Positions 32,422-42,186 of a stretch of DNA of 64,000 nt are shown one piece after another; positions within the stretch are counted from its first letter, which is position 1, and each line of letters opens with the position of its first letter. The position numbers and the translations under genes are program-made. Under the pieces are notes generated by a model. It was not told the DNA's origin. It worked only from the letters and a program-made list of their open reading frames with translations, and made no database searches. Source of the DNA: a virus; IMG/VR virus record IMGVR_UViG_3300042569_001270, positions 1 to 64,000 of that record; one strand, 5' to 3'.

Positions 32422-34779
32422 ATGGCAGCGCCTTCTCGTCCTCTTAATAAAAGGCATGACACCCTTATTCAAGAGGCTCTCAAGCAGCAGAACACCATCT
32501 ACACTGAAGAGCAGCAGGCTCATGTAGATTACAAAGCTGCGCTGAAGAACCGCGACAAGGACATCGGGACGTTCCGCGATGCACGGCATAAGCTCAAGCG
32601 TGCGGAGGCCGCGTCTAACAAGTACAGCTCTGCCCTGATCGACTCTATTAAGACAAACGCCGCTGCGTTTGAGGGCATCTACGATACTTGGGAAGACCTT
32701 ATTAAAGCCAACCGCCGCTTTGAAGCAAACATGAAGCAGGCGGGAGGCGACCTCCGCAGGTCACAGCGGAAGAACTCCCAGCAAGGCTTCCAGCGGCAGA
32801 TGATGCTCCAAGCCGGAGCGCAGGGCGTCAACGCTATCGCGGAACTGAGCACCGTCAATAGGCTCCCTGTCATCGGTGGTGCCATTCAGAGCGGTGTCGG
32901 TACTGCCGTCAACGCGGGCCTCATGGGAGCGGGGGCGACAACAGCAGCGGCGATGGGCGGTTTGGCGTTCTTAGGTGCTGGGATCGCTGGAGGCGTTGCT
33001 AACGCCTACAACCAGTTCGAGAGCGAGGAGGCTCTTGAGCGTCAGCTTGGGCAGCGTATGGGCGTCGGCGCAGGCCGAGGCTTCATTCGCGACATGCGCA
33101 AGCAGGGTCTCACCCGCGAGCAGATCGGTGGGCTTGGTAGCGGGCTGTCCCAGACTGTTGGATCAACCAGCGAGGCTGTAGGCGTCTATCAGATGCAGAC
33201 GGCTTTTGGGATCAATCCAATGGGGGCGATGGGGGCGATGGCCTCCACTGGTCAGGGTAGCCAGCTCCGCATGGTTCAAAACGCGATCAGCGTAGGCATG
33301 GCGCAAGGCCTTGCTCGTGGTCGCTTTGGCGAGATGGTGGACGGACTGCAGCACCTCGTTCGTCAGCAGGGGATTGGCGTCGGTGTTGGCGGTGAGGAGC
33401 TTGGCGGGACACTCGGCTACATGGGTGCGCTGGGCAGCCGCATGGGTATCAAGGGTTCACAGTTTATGGGCGTGATGGGGCAGCTGGACGCCTCTGCTCG
33501 CGGCAAGACTGGTGGCCTGTCTGAGAGCATTAGCTTCCTCTCGGCCTACAACTACTTGCAGGCTGGGGGTCGAGGTGCGCTGGAGGGTCTCGGCTCTTCC
33601 GGTTCTGGTGGTCGGGTTACACCCTTTGACGTTCAGGAGATGATGGAGCGGGGATCAACCGGCAAGGGGGGTATGGGTCGTATTCAAATTACTAACATGC
33701 TGGAACAGTACCGGCGCATCGCTGGTACGTCCGCTGCTGATATGGAGATGTCAGCACGCAGGGCGAAAACTCCTGAGGAGCAGGCGCAGATTGACGCTGC
33801 CAAGGGGCGCTACCAGATGATGCAGCAGGGTCTGGTGACCGGTGGCGCTGCTGCCAACCTGACAGTTGCTCGCCAGTTGACCGACGCTTTCCTCACAACC
33901 GGAAACATTAGTGATAAAGACATCAAGACTGCGCAGGACGCTGGTAAGTCTCAACAAGAAAAGTCGTTCGACGAGATTCACGAGCAGACCGGTCTACAGC
34001 AGCGCATTGCCTACGGTATCGAGGCCCTTGGGCGCAGCATGCCGGGCACAGGCGGCACGTTTAATCGCACGTTTGAGGGCCTTTTGGCAGGGCTTAACGG
34101 TGAAGCCGCTACTAGGTTTATCACTCCGGGCGAGCGGGCAGCAGGGTACTTTAACAATGACGACTCATCATACGGTGAGGCTCGCTTTTCTGAAGGGCGT
34201 GTAAAGCTTTATCAAGAAGCTCAAGCTCGCCGTCGTGCAGAGTTTAAGAAGCAAGGGTGGGATTACTGGGAAGACCCAAGTGACTTTAACCTTGTTTACG
34301 AGCCTTCTAAAGAAGGTCGCGCACTACAAGATTTTAACAAAAACGGTGTAACCGAGGATTTTAAGTCTCTGCTCTCGACGTTTACTGAGACCATTACTAA
34401 CGACCCTGCCGTAAGTGAGGAAATGAAGGCCGCCGCTCAGGCGGCACAAGGTATGCTGCTTCGTGAGATTGCTGACCCCGCAACGGAGCTTCGTAACTTT
34501 AAGGGTATGGGCGGCGGCGTAGTCCCCCTCAAGGACTCTGCAGGCGGACAGTTTACGCCCGAGCAACTGGCAAATATCGCTAACGTTGGCGGCGGACTTG
34601 CCGACGTCTTTGTTGGTGGTGTGGGTAGTAGGAGTATTGAGGACTTGCGGGCTTTGACCTCTCAGTTGGCGAGGGGTGAACTTTCCCTCCCCAGTATTCA
34701 GCGGTCAGAAGATGTGATCCAATTTTACGTTAAAAGGCTCCAAGAGCTTCAGCCCCTCCCCGGTCAAGCCACGAGGTAG
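32422..34779 (+). CDS. Tape measure protein
   Basis: Helical, Gly/Ala/Met-rich, 785 aa, directly after the chaperone genes. Confidence 0.8.
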   Translation: MAAPSRPLNKRHDTLIQEALKQQNTIYTEEQQAHVDYKAALKNRDKDIGTFRDARHKLKRAEAASNKYSSALIDSIKTNAAAFEGIYDTWEDLIKANRRFEANMKQAGGDLRRSQRKNSQQGFQRQMMLQAGAQGVNAIAELSTVNRLPVIGGAIQSGVGTAVNAGLMGAGATTAAAMGGLAFLGAGIAGGVANAYNQFESEEALERQLGQRMGVGAGRGFIRDMRKQGLTREQIGGLGSGLSQTVGSTSEAVGVYQMQTAFGINPMGAMGAMASTGQGSQLRMVQNAISVGMAQGLARGRFGEMVDGLQHLVRQQGIGVGVGGEELGGTLGYMGALGSRMGIKGSQFMGVMGQLDASARGKTGGLSESISFLSAYNYLQAGGRGALEGLGSSGSGGRVTPFDVQEMMERGSTGKGGMGRIQITNMLEQYRRIAGTSAADMEMSARRAKTPEEQAQIDAAKGRYQMMQQGLVTGGAAANLTVARQLTDAFLTTGNISDKDIKTAQDAGKSQQEKSFDEIHEQTGLQQRIAYGIEALGRSMPGTGGTFNRTFEGLLAGLNGEAATRFITPGERAAGYFNNDDSSYGEARFSEGRVKLYQEAQARRRAEFKKQGWDYWEDPSDFNLVYEPSKEGRALQDFNKNGVTEDFKSLLSTFTETITNDPAVSEEMKAAAQAAQGMLLREIADPATELRNFKGMGGGVVPLKDSAGGQFTPEQLANIANVGGGLADVFVGGVGSRSIEDLRALTSQLARGELSLPSIQRSEDVIQFYVKRLQELQPLPGQATR

Positions 34780-34782
34780 CCC

Positions 34783-36534
34783 GTGACCGTCTACGCACAA
34801 TCTTCGTCCGTCATTGTTAACTTTTTTGGCGGCAGGTCCACTGATACCGGCGCTACCAAGAGCAGGCTCGGTGATGTGTCTGCTGACGTCGTAGGGGCGC
34901 AGGTACGGCTTACTCGTGCTCCCGCAGAGACTGGCGGTAACGGCTTCTCTCTGACCCTCGTCCCTCGCAACCACGACTACCTTGAAGAGGTCTCCGTAGG
35001 TGACTGGGTCAGCATCAGCATGTCCAACGGTGAGGTGACCGAGTGCCTTATGCTTGGGGTTGTTGATCTTGTAAATAGCAGCGTTAAGACGGCCTCTACC
35101 GGCGCTGTCGAGAGCGTCGTCACAATCGCAGGCCGGGACTGGTCCAAGGTCCTTGCTGCGACCGAGATGGTCTACGACACCTTCATCGGCTCAGGGATTG
35201 AGAAGCAGTACCTCATGCTCGAAGCCGCAAAGTGGATGAATTCCCAGAAGGGCGTGAAGTTCTCTCCCTCTGAGTTTGTTGAGTTCCTTCTGCCTTTGTA
35301 CTTGGGTGGCTCGCTGCCAAAAGCAGGCGGTACTTCTTTGATCCGACAGTTCTTGGTGCCCACCAATGGCGAGAACGTCATGTCCGCTAAGGGAGAGACC
35401 GCCGCTATGGCGGGTACTCTGCTTAACCTCAAACTTTCGCCCACAAGGGGCAAGGCCCCGCTTATTGTTCAAAACACCTCGCAGAACCTGCTGAGCATGC
35501 TCAGGGAAGTCTCGCACCCTATTCTTAATGAGCTTTGGTACGAGACTGATCCGAAAGGCCTCAGCGCTGCAAAGCCTTTCGTCGCTACTATGCGCGAGTA
35601 CCCTTACGCGCGAGACGCTTTCTCTAAACTTGATAATTTTTCTCTCTCCGACGCTGAGTGTATGTCGGTGTCTCTGGGTGCGCAGAGCGCAGATACTTAC
35701 AACTGGTTTCGTCTCAGGGCGACGGGTGGTATCGGTGACGACTCTGATCTTCTTCAGGGCGCACGACCGGGCGTTTATGTTAAAAACTCTATTCAGAAGT
35801 TTGGCCTTAGGCGCTACGAGGCTGCCACCCCTTTTGCCGTGTTCGCGGACTCGCCTTCAGCCGCTCCAAGCTCAAGCAGCAGCCGAGCTACGGTTGTGCA
35901 AGTGGTCGAGCAGTGGGTTGATCTTATTACTTCTTGGTACGCTCTCGCCTACACTTACCGGTCTGGTCAGTTCATCTGCCGCTTCCGCCCAGACATTCGG
36001 CCGGGACGCAGGCTGGACTACAGCAGCCCGTTCGAGCCGCATCAGGCAGGCAAGTATTACATCGACGCGGTCACACACAACTTCACCTATCCGGGCGCGG
36101 CCACAACTTCAGTGATCGTTTCTCGCGGCGTAGCGTCTGAAGCACAACTTGATCGCAGTAACGTAGACAGCCTCAGGAAGTGGGCTGGCTACGTTAGGAT
36201 CAACACTACTGCGCTGACGACAACCGCTGGTGTGGCGACTGGTGGAGCCGGTGCACCTACTGAAGGTCGTGTTGATCGCACCCCTGACATGGCCGTCACG
36301 TTCACAAACGCCTCTCACGACTGGGTCATTCCGGGTCTTAACGGTGCTGCCGGTGGGAGCTACCCGAGCAACGCGAACATCCCTCTTGCCAGCAGTCAGA
36401 AGGTCAACGTTCAGCGTTGGACCACAGGGCCTTCCGGTACGGTGTACGAGGAGGCGTTCTTCACAACAACTGCTGCAGGCTCTAACCAGACTGTTGACTG
36501 GAATACTCTGACTTGGAAGCCCACCGGAGGGTAG
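34783..36534 (+). CDS. Baseplate hub-like tail protein with C-terminal extension
   Basis: FSLTLVP, VTIAGRDWSK, RPDIRPGRRL, YYIDAVTHNF, T.VIVSRG pattern of gp27/gpD-like hubs. Confidence 0.75.
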   Translation: MTVYAQSSSVIVNFFGGRSTDTGATKSRLGDVSADVVGAQVRLTRAPAETGGNGFSLTLVPRNHDYLEEVSVGDWVSISMSNGEVTECLMLGVVDLVNSSVKTASTGAVESVVTIAGRDWSKVLAATEMVYDTFIGSGIEKQYLMLEAAKWMNSQKGVKFSPSEFVEFLLPLYLGGSLPKAGGTSLIRQFLVPTNGENVMSAKGETAAMAGTLLNLKLSPTRGKAPLIVQNTSQNLLSMLREVSHPILNELWYETDPKGLSAAKPFVATMREYPYARDAFSKLDNFSLSDAECMSVSLGAQSADTYNWFRLRATGGIGDDSDLLQGARPGVYVKNSIQKFGLRRYEAATPFAVFADSPSAAPSSSSSRATVVQVVEQWVDLITSWYALAYTYRSGQFICRFRPDIRPGRRLDYSSPFEPHQAGKYYIDAVTHNFTYPGAATTSVIVSRGVASEAQLDRSNVDSLRKWAGYVRINTTALTTTAGVATGGAGAPTEGRVDRTPDMAVTFTNASHDWVIPGLNGAAGGSYPSNANIPLASSQKVNVQRWTTGPSGTVYEEAFFTTTAAGSNQTVDWNTLTWKPTGG

Positions 36535-36535
36535 C

Positions 36536-37273
36536 ATGCCCCAGATACCTATCGGACCCTTCGCAGGCTGGCTTGTCGAGGGCGTTGTTGTTAACTTTCG
36601 CCCTGCAGGCCACCCGCAGAACATCTACCGAGGTGAGGACGAGTACGTCGTTCGCGTGCTCTCCCATGCGAACTTCTTGGACCTCAACCACTGCCGTCTG
36701 GCCCAGCGGGTCGGGTACGACAACGGGCAGCAAGAGCACCTGCGCGTCGGCACCATTCGTGTAGACCAAAACTCAAACCAGTACGCCTCCAAGGTCCCTG
36801 AGACCTCGATGGACGGTGATCGAGTTCTGGTTCAGTTCATCGAAGGCGACGTCAACCGTTCGGTGATCACCCACGTTTTGACCCACAGCTTGAATAGGTG
36901 GGGAGACACTCACGACTCCTTCCGGGGGGCCGTGGTGCGCCGCAGGCACGCAGGCACCGAGGTGCTCTACGACGCCAACGGCAACATCGTGGTGACCTTG
37001 GGCGACAGCACCGTCCCCGACGTGAAGGGGGCCTCCAAGACTGCTACAGTCTTCATGGACGGCACGCAGGCGGCCAAGCTGGAGAAGGACAAGCTCTCGA
37101 TCTTCAACGGGGACAAGGCCGTGGCTCGCAAGGATGACGAGGTTACGATCACCGTCAGTGCCGCTGACATCACCGCTCTGGGGTTGGTCAGTCCGAGCGG
37201 GAGTGTCACAGGTTCGGGTGGCACCTTGAAGGGTACAGTCACCGCTGGGTCAGCCAAGTTCTTCACGGAGTAG
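36536..37273 (+). CDS. Baseplate central spike (gpV/gp5-like)
   Basis: OB-fold-like GDRVLVQFIEGD followed by beta repeats, VARKDD and GTVTAGS. Confidence 0.75.
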   Translation: MPQIPIGPFAGWLVEGVVVNFRPAGHPQNIYRGEDEYVVRVLSHANFLDLNHCRLAQRVGYDNGQQEHLRVGTIRVDQNSNQYASKVPETSMDGDRVLVQFIEGDVNRSVITHVLTHSLNRWGDTHDSFRGAVVRRRHAGTEVLYDANGNIVVTLGDSTVPDVKGASKTATVFMDGTQAAKLEKDKLSIFNGDKAVARKDDEVTITVSAADITALGLVSPSGSVTGSGGTLKGTVTAGSAKFFTE

Positions 37274-37276
37274 ACG

Positions 37277-39565
37277 ATGAGCATTATTGCTAAAGCCACA
37301 GGTCTTGTCGCTCAGACGGCTCCTTCCGCCCAGCAGGCCTTCTCGGGAGGACTGAACTACGGCTTCTCTGTCTACAACGGGTCTACTGATGCAGGCTCCT
37401 TCACACTGCCCGTACCTCCGCAGGAGATCATCGTAGACGAGCCTCTTGCTACGTCTCTCGTCCCTACGATTGGGGCGTCGAAGTTCGTCGAGCGTCGGGG
37501 CAGCATCTTCAAGACTCTGTCAGTCTCCGGCACTTTTGGTAGTCAGCTTGGTCTGTTTCCTGAGAACTTGGACGAGAACAACACTCGCGTCAGCTCTTAT
37601 GATAAAGACGGCAACTTTGTACTTGTTCCTCCTTCTGGTGTAAAGGACGACGTTAGCCTTCGCGCTGATGACGCGGATTCAAACAGGCGCACTATCACCA
37701 CGTTCAACTCTGCCCGCGCTATCGTCGTTGACTACGGTAAGACCGCTTACGCAAAGTTTATGGAACTGCGTAACTTCTTCCGTTCTTACGGCTCTCATTT
37801 TAACAAAGCAGGTTCGCACACTGGGTACTACATGGTGTGGACCAACAACAAAGACGGAGACAGCTTTGTAGTTGAGCCTCTCAGCTTCAAGGTGTCCCGC
37901 GTCAAGGCTCACCTGTACAGGTATCAGGTTGATCTTCGTGTTATTGGTAACTACGACGCTATTAATTATCCAGCTGACACGACAGAGAAGACCGTTATTA
38001 CTAAAGCCAAGGAGGTTCTGACCTCCGTCACTGCGCTACAGGCTCTCGCCGCCCCCAAGAAGCCGGGCGACTACTCCCCACCGACAGCCAGTCCATTTCA
38101 GCAGGCGCTGGCCTTGGCTACAGGTCCTGCGACCAAGATGGCGAACGGTGCGACACAGGTGCAGGCCAACGTCCAGAGCTACGCAGGCAACGCTGTGCTG
38201 GTCGCTGGCGTCGTAAACGCGTACCTCAACTCGGTAGCCCGACTGATGTCAGCTGTGTTTGGTTCTTTTGATAACCTTGCTAACACCGGACAGGCGTTTG
38301 TCGGGTTGCTTAGGACCACGGGTTCACTGGCCCAGTCGGCGGTCAATCAGGCCACGCTTCTCAACAGCAACATTCTGGCGTTCAAGGACACTGGAAAGCA
38401 GATTAAAGACGCTTTCAACATCGACACTTCGGCACTGAAGGGCTTTTGGGGAGACGAGCCTTCCTACAGCAACGCTTCGAGCGAGACGAATAACGAGACG
38501 GTGAGCCAAGGAGCAGCCCTCACCGGCACCTCCACCGTGTCGACGAGCTACGACTCTGCTGGTAACCCCACGAGGCCCGCCACCGCAGGGGGCAACGAGA
38601 TCGTTGAAACAGGTATCGACTCTTCCGCCGTGACGAGCGTCAGTACCGTCAGCGTCCTGCCCGACGAAACGGGGGACCGTTTTGCCGCCCGCACTGTCGG
38701 CAACCCTGCACTGTGGCCGTTCCTTGCCGCGTTTAACAACCTCAAGCCGCCGTACTTTAGCAACGGGCTGGACCGTCTTCCCAACACCGTTCGTCCCGGT
38801 GACACACTTTTGATCCCTGTGTTTGGCGGAGCGCCCTCTCCGACAAACACGATCTCGGCAGGCGACATTCCGAACTTCTCGGAGTTCTCTGTCACCGTGG
38901 GCAGGTACACGGTGCAGGGCGGCAAGGGTTACATCTTCGTGGACGACTATCCGTCGTGGCGGCCTAACCGATGGCTCGGATTCGTTGCAGAGTCCCCCTC
39001 CGGCGAGCGCCGACTCGTGGTTGGCAACACGGAGACGTCTATCATCGTTGCGTCCCCGTTCTCGACGGCTCTTACGCCTCAGGACACCATCGTCATTCGC
39101 TCGTACACGGCTGTCGCGCGGCAGGCACAGGCTTTCCAGAAGTCCTCGGCCATTCGGTCCCTTGGGCGTGATCTGCAGATTCAGTCCGTGGGTGCGGGCG
39201 TCAGCAGTCGCGAAGAGCGCACGTTTGATCTTGTTGTTGGCTCGGGCGATGTCTCCACCGTTCAGGCGGAAGCAAACTTCGTGCAGGCAATAGGGATCAA
39301 ACTTAGGACACAGATGGGCGATCTTCCTGCACACATGGCTGGGGATGCCGTGTTTGGTCTTCCGTCACTCATCGGTTTGCCAGTCGATGCCAACTTGCTG
39401 TTCGCCTACACGACGCGCCTCAGGACCCAGTTCCTGCGTGACCCACGGGTTGTCGCTGTTCGGAACGTCAGCGTGGTGGTAGATCGTGACGTTGCGAAGG
39501 TCGGTTTGGACGTCTTGCCTCGTGGTGGAACTGAGTACCAGAGCTACACGGGCAACATCCTTTAA
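37277..39565 (+). CDS. Fused baseplate protein: tube-initiator-like N-terminus, LysM/gpX-like middle, gp25/gpW-like C-terminus
   Basis: FTLPVPPQEI...LSVSGTFG; AARTVGNPALWPFLAAFNNL; QAIGIKLRTQMGDL..H...FG...DPRVVAV. Confidence 0.7.
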   Translation: MSIIAKATGLVAQTAPSAQQAFSGGLNYGFSVYNGSTDAGSFTLPVPPQEIIVDEPLATSLVPTIGASKFVERRGSIFKTLSVSGTFGSQLGLFPENLDENNTRVSSYDKDGNFVLVPPSGVKDDVSLRADDADSNRRTITTFNSARAIVVDYGKTAYAKFMELRNFFRSYGSHFNKAGSHTGYYMVWTNNKDGDSFVVEPLSFKVSRVKAHLYRYQVDLRVIGNYDAINYPADTTEKTVITKAKEVLTSVTALQALAAPKKPGDYSPPTASPFQQALALATGPATKMANGATQVQANVQSYAGNAVLVAGVVNAYLNSVARLMSAVFGSFDNLANTGQAFVGLLRTTGSLAQSAVNQATLLNSNILAFKDTGKQIKDAFNIDTSALKGFWGDEPSYSNASSETNNETVSQGAALTGTSTVSTSYDSAGNPTRPATAGGNEIVETGIDSSAVTSVSTVSVLPDETGDRFAARTVGNPALWPFLAAFNNLKPPYFSNGLDRLPNTVRPGDTLLIPVFGGAPSPTNTISAGDIPNFSEFSVTVGRYTVQGGKGYIFVDDYPSWRPNRWLGFVAESPSGERRLVVGNTETSIIVASPFSTALTPQDTIVIRSYTAVARQAQAFQKSSAIRSLGRDLQIQSVGAGVSSREERTFDLVVGSGDVSTVQAEANFVQAIGIKLRTQMGDLPAHMAGDAVFGLPSLIGLPVDANLLFAYTTRLRTQFLRDPRVVAVRNVSVVVDRDVAKVGLDVLPRGGTEYQSYTGNIL

Positions 39566-39576
39566 CGGAGAAAACG

Positions 39577-41508
39577 ATGCTCACCATCAAGGCTTTTGAT
39601 CAACTTTACGCGGAGATGAAGGACCGGGTGACCTACGCCTCCGGTGGAAAGATCACTGACTTCAACGTGGGCAGTGTGATTCGGTCGCTCCTTGAGGCTG
39701 CAGCCCTCAACGACTTCGAGCTTTACCTCGGCCTCGCACAGCTGAAGCAGTTTAACAACATCAACGCTGTCTTTGGTGACGATCTGGACGAGCGGGCCGT
39801 AGAGTTCAACCTGACTCGACTGCCTCCGACGCCGAGCATCGCTTCTGTCGTGTTCAGCCTGCCCAACACCATCACGGCTGCCTCCACCGTTCTCAGCACG
39901 GCAGTTACGGCTGGAAGCACACCCACGTCACTCGTTGTCGCTTCCACCAGCGGCTTCCCCTCATCGGGCTTCCTCGTGATTGATCGCGGCTATTCCATGC
40001 GTGAGCGCGTTCGCTACACGGGGAAGGCTGCAACCAGCTTCACTCTGGCGACGGATGCCTTCGCTTGGAACGGGAACTCCCCCTCTCCGACGTTCAACCA
40101 CAGCGTAGGTGCAGTCATCAGGAGGAGCACGCTCGACAACGGGGTTGATCTCGTCATCCCCGCTGGTGCCTCTCTCACCGCGCCTCCGACGCTCGCAGAG
40201 CCTGCTGAGGTGCGGTTCTCCACCAACGCCGTTGTCACGATCCTCGACGGTGACACTGCGTCCTCCGCTGTGGCGTGCACTTCGCAAGCTTCGGGTCTGT
40301 CGCAGAACGTGTCTGCAGGCCGCATCAACGTCATCGACTCCACGCCCCTCAACGGCTTGCTTGTTACCAACCCGACTGGGAGCGTCGGTGGTGATGAGGT
40401 TGAGAGCGACATCAAGTTCAAGAGCCGTCTGGCCCTGTTTGCTCAGAGTCGGTACGGCGGCACCGCTTACGCTATTGAGCAAGCGGTTAATAATCTCACC
40501 TACACCGATCCGCTGACCGGCTCTGTCGCCACTTGCAGGCTTGCGCAGCTCGTGGAGTCGTTCAGCCCCGAGTTGTACCCCTCGTATCTGTACGTTCACG
40601 ACGGATCAGACAGCCTCACCTACAAGACCACTGGCTCTGTCACTACCCCTGAAGCGTTGATCTCTAACGCAGCGTCCGGGCAGCGCCGGGGACGGACCAA
40701 GAACCGGCCTTTGCTGTCAGGCTCTCTCGCATCGCCCTCGCTCCGTTTGATGCTTGCTGTGGACCGCACCGAGCCTGCGTCGAAGCGAGGCTTTGGTAGC
40801 GGTGTCGTCAGCGGGCGTGTTCTCACCGACGGGTCGAAAAGCTGGACGACTAGCTTCGTGGGCTACAAGCTTGTTGATCGGAGCAACAACTTCTTCGACA
40901 TCGTGGCAAGCAACAGCAACTCCGTGACGGTGGACAGTTCGACCGTGCTGACGCCTTCCAGCGGGCCGTATGCGCTTATTAATCCGGCTGGTGCTCCTGT
41001 GGCGTTTGGCGACTACGTTGCAAACTACTCAAGCGGTGAGATTGAACTCGTCTCCTCACTGGCGCTGCAGGCTGGTGAGTGGCTTGTGGCAATCGCTGAT
41101 CCCGCTGTGAGCGGAAGCGCGTCCTACACCTACTACACGGGATTGATCGCTGAAGTTCAGGCAGTTCTGAATGGGAAGAGCGACGATCCTGAGAACTACC
41201 CCGGTGTGAAGTCCTTCGGGTGCGCTGTGTACGCCAGAGAGCCAACCCTCTCGTTCGTAAACGTCGTGGTCTCGACGACCACGGGGGAGGGCGTGCTTGA
41301 GACACAGGAGCAGCAGAACCGAGTTGCCGCCGCCGTTCGCCAGTATTTTGGGGAGTTGGCCATCGGTGGAAGTTTGATCTACGCTGAGCTTCTGGCTCGT
41401 TGTCAGCAGGTCTCAGGGGTCTACGACACGCAGGTTGTCAGCCCGTCGGCAAACGTGCAGGCTCTTCCGGGCCAGCTGCTTCGGCTTGGAACCCTCACGA
41501 TCCAGTAA
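39577..41508 (+). CDS. Baseplate J-like wedge protein with inserted beta domains
   Basis: ITDFNVGSVIRSLLEA, LDERA, GGDEVESD..FKSR, C-terminal LAIGGSLIYAEL...VSGVYD. Confidence 0.9.
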   Translation: MLTIKAFDQLYAEMKDRVTYASGGKITDFNVGSVIRSLLEAAALNDFELYLGLAQLKQFNNINAVFGDDLDERAVEFNLTRLPPTPSIASVVFSLPNTITAASTVLSTAVTAGSTPTSLVVASTSGFPSSGFLVIDRGYSMRERVRYTGKAATSFTLATDAFAWNGNSPSPTFNHSVGAVIRRSTLDNGVDLVIPAGASLTAPPTLAEPAEVRFSTNAVVTILDGDTASSAVACTSQASGLSQNVSAGRINVIDSTPLNGLLVTNPTGSVGGDEVESDIKFKSRLALFAQSRYGGTAYAIEQAVNNLTYTDPLTGSVATCRLAQLVESFSPELYPSYLYVHDGSDSLTYKTTGSVTTPEALISNAASGQRRGRTKNRPLLSGSLASPSLRLMLAVDRTEPASKRGFGSGVVSGRVLTDGSKSWTTSFVGYKLVDRSNNFFDIVASNSNSVTVDSSTVLTPSSGPYALINPAGAPVAFGDYVANYSSGEIELVSSLALQAGEWLVAIADPAVSGSASYTYYTGLIAEVQAVLNGKSDDPENYPGVKSFGCAVYAREPTLSFVNVVVSTTTGEGVLETQEQQNRVAAAVRQYFGELAIGGSLIYAELLARCQQVSGVYDTQVVSPSANVQALPGQLLRLGTLTIQ

Positions 41509-41517
41509 GGAGCGTCC

Positions 41518-42183
41518 ATGCGGTCGCGCTACGGGAAAGTCCCCTACGGTCTTGGTCCCTACGGAAGAGAGGTGGTCATCGCCTCCATCTCTTCCGTCGT
41601 GCCCGTGTCGCCTCCGAGCGGCGGGACCGGCGTTCCCCGTCGCCCCCGCTTCGTCGTTGTCGTGCTGCCTCCAGACGGTGCTGCCTTTGACCTGACGCGA
41701 TTCTCCCTGTCTGCCGGAGGCTTGAGCCTCGTGGTCGCGGGTGTGCCCGCTGTGGGTTGGACGATTCGTGTTATTAAGGTCGGTACCGCCTATCGCGTGA
41801 TCGTGGAAGTTTCAGACTACGCGACAGCCGCCTACCTGCCCGCTTCTGCTCTGGTCTCGGCGCAGGCGGCCTACAACGGTGTTACGGCAAACTGGGCGTT
41901 CACAACCGTAGCACCGTTCTTGTTTACTAAGATTGAAGCCATCGCAGACTCGCTGGTCCGGGTCTGGTTCAACCGGCCTCCTGCGGACAACAACGTCACT
42001 CGTAATCCGAGCAGTCACAGCTTCGTGGCTCGCGGTAACGCCTCACCGGTCAGCGCCCGAGCGGTACGCTACAACGCTGGTGATCTTTTTATTCTCCTCC
42101 CTCTGGCACGCTCGATCCAGAAGACCGGCCTCTACACGTTCAAGACAGCACTCACGGACGTCAACGGCGAGAGCGTGGAGTAG
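41518..42183 (+). CDS. Ig-like domain virion protein
   Basis: YG..PYG..PYG N-terminus; SPPSGGTGVP; VRVWFNRP; AAGGAG SD. Confidence 0.6.
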   Translation: MRSRYGKVPYGLGPYGREVVIASISSVVPVSPPSGGTGVPRRPRFVVVVLPPDGAAFDLTRFSLSAGGLSLVVAGVPAVGWTIRVIKVGTAYRVIVEVSDYATAAYLPASALVSAQAAYNGVTANWAFTTVAPFLFTKIEAIADSLVRVWFNRPPADNNVTRNPSSHSFVARGNASPVSARAVRYNAGDLFILLPLARSIQKTGLYTFKTALTDVNGESVE

Positions 42184-42186
42184 CCA

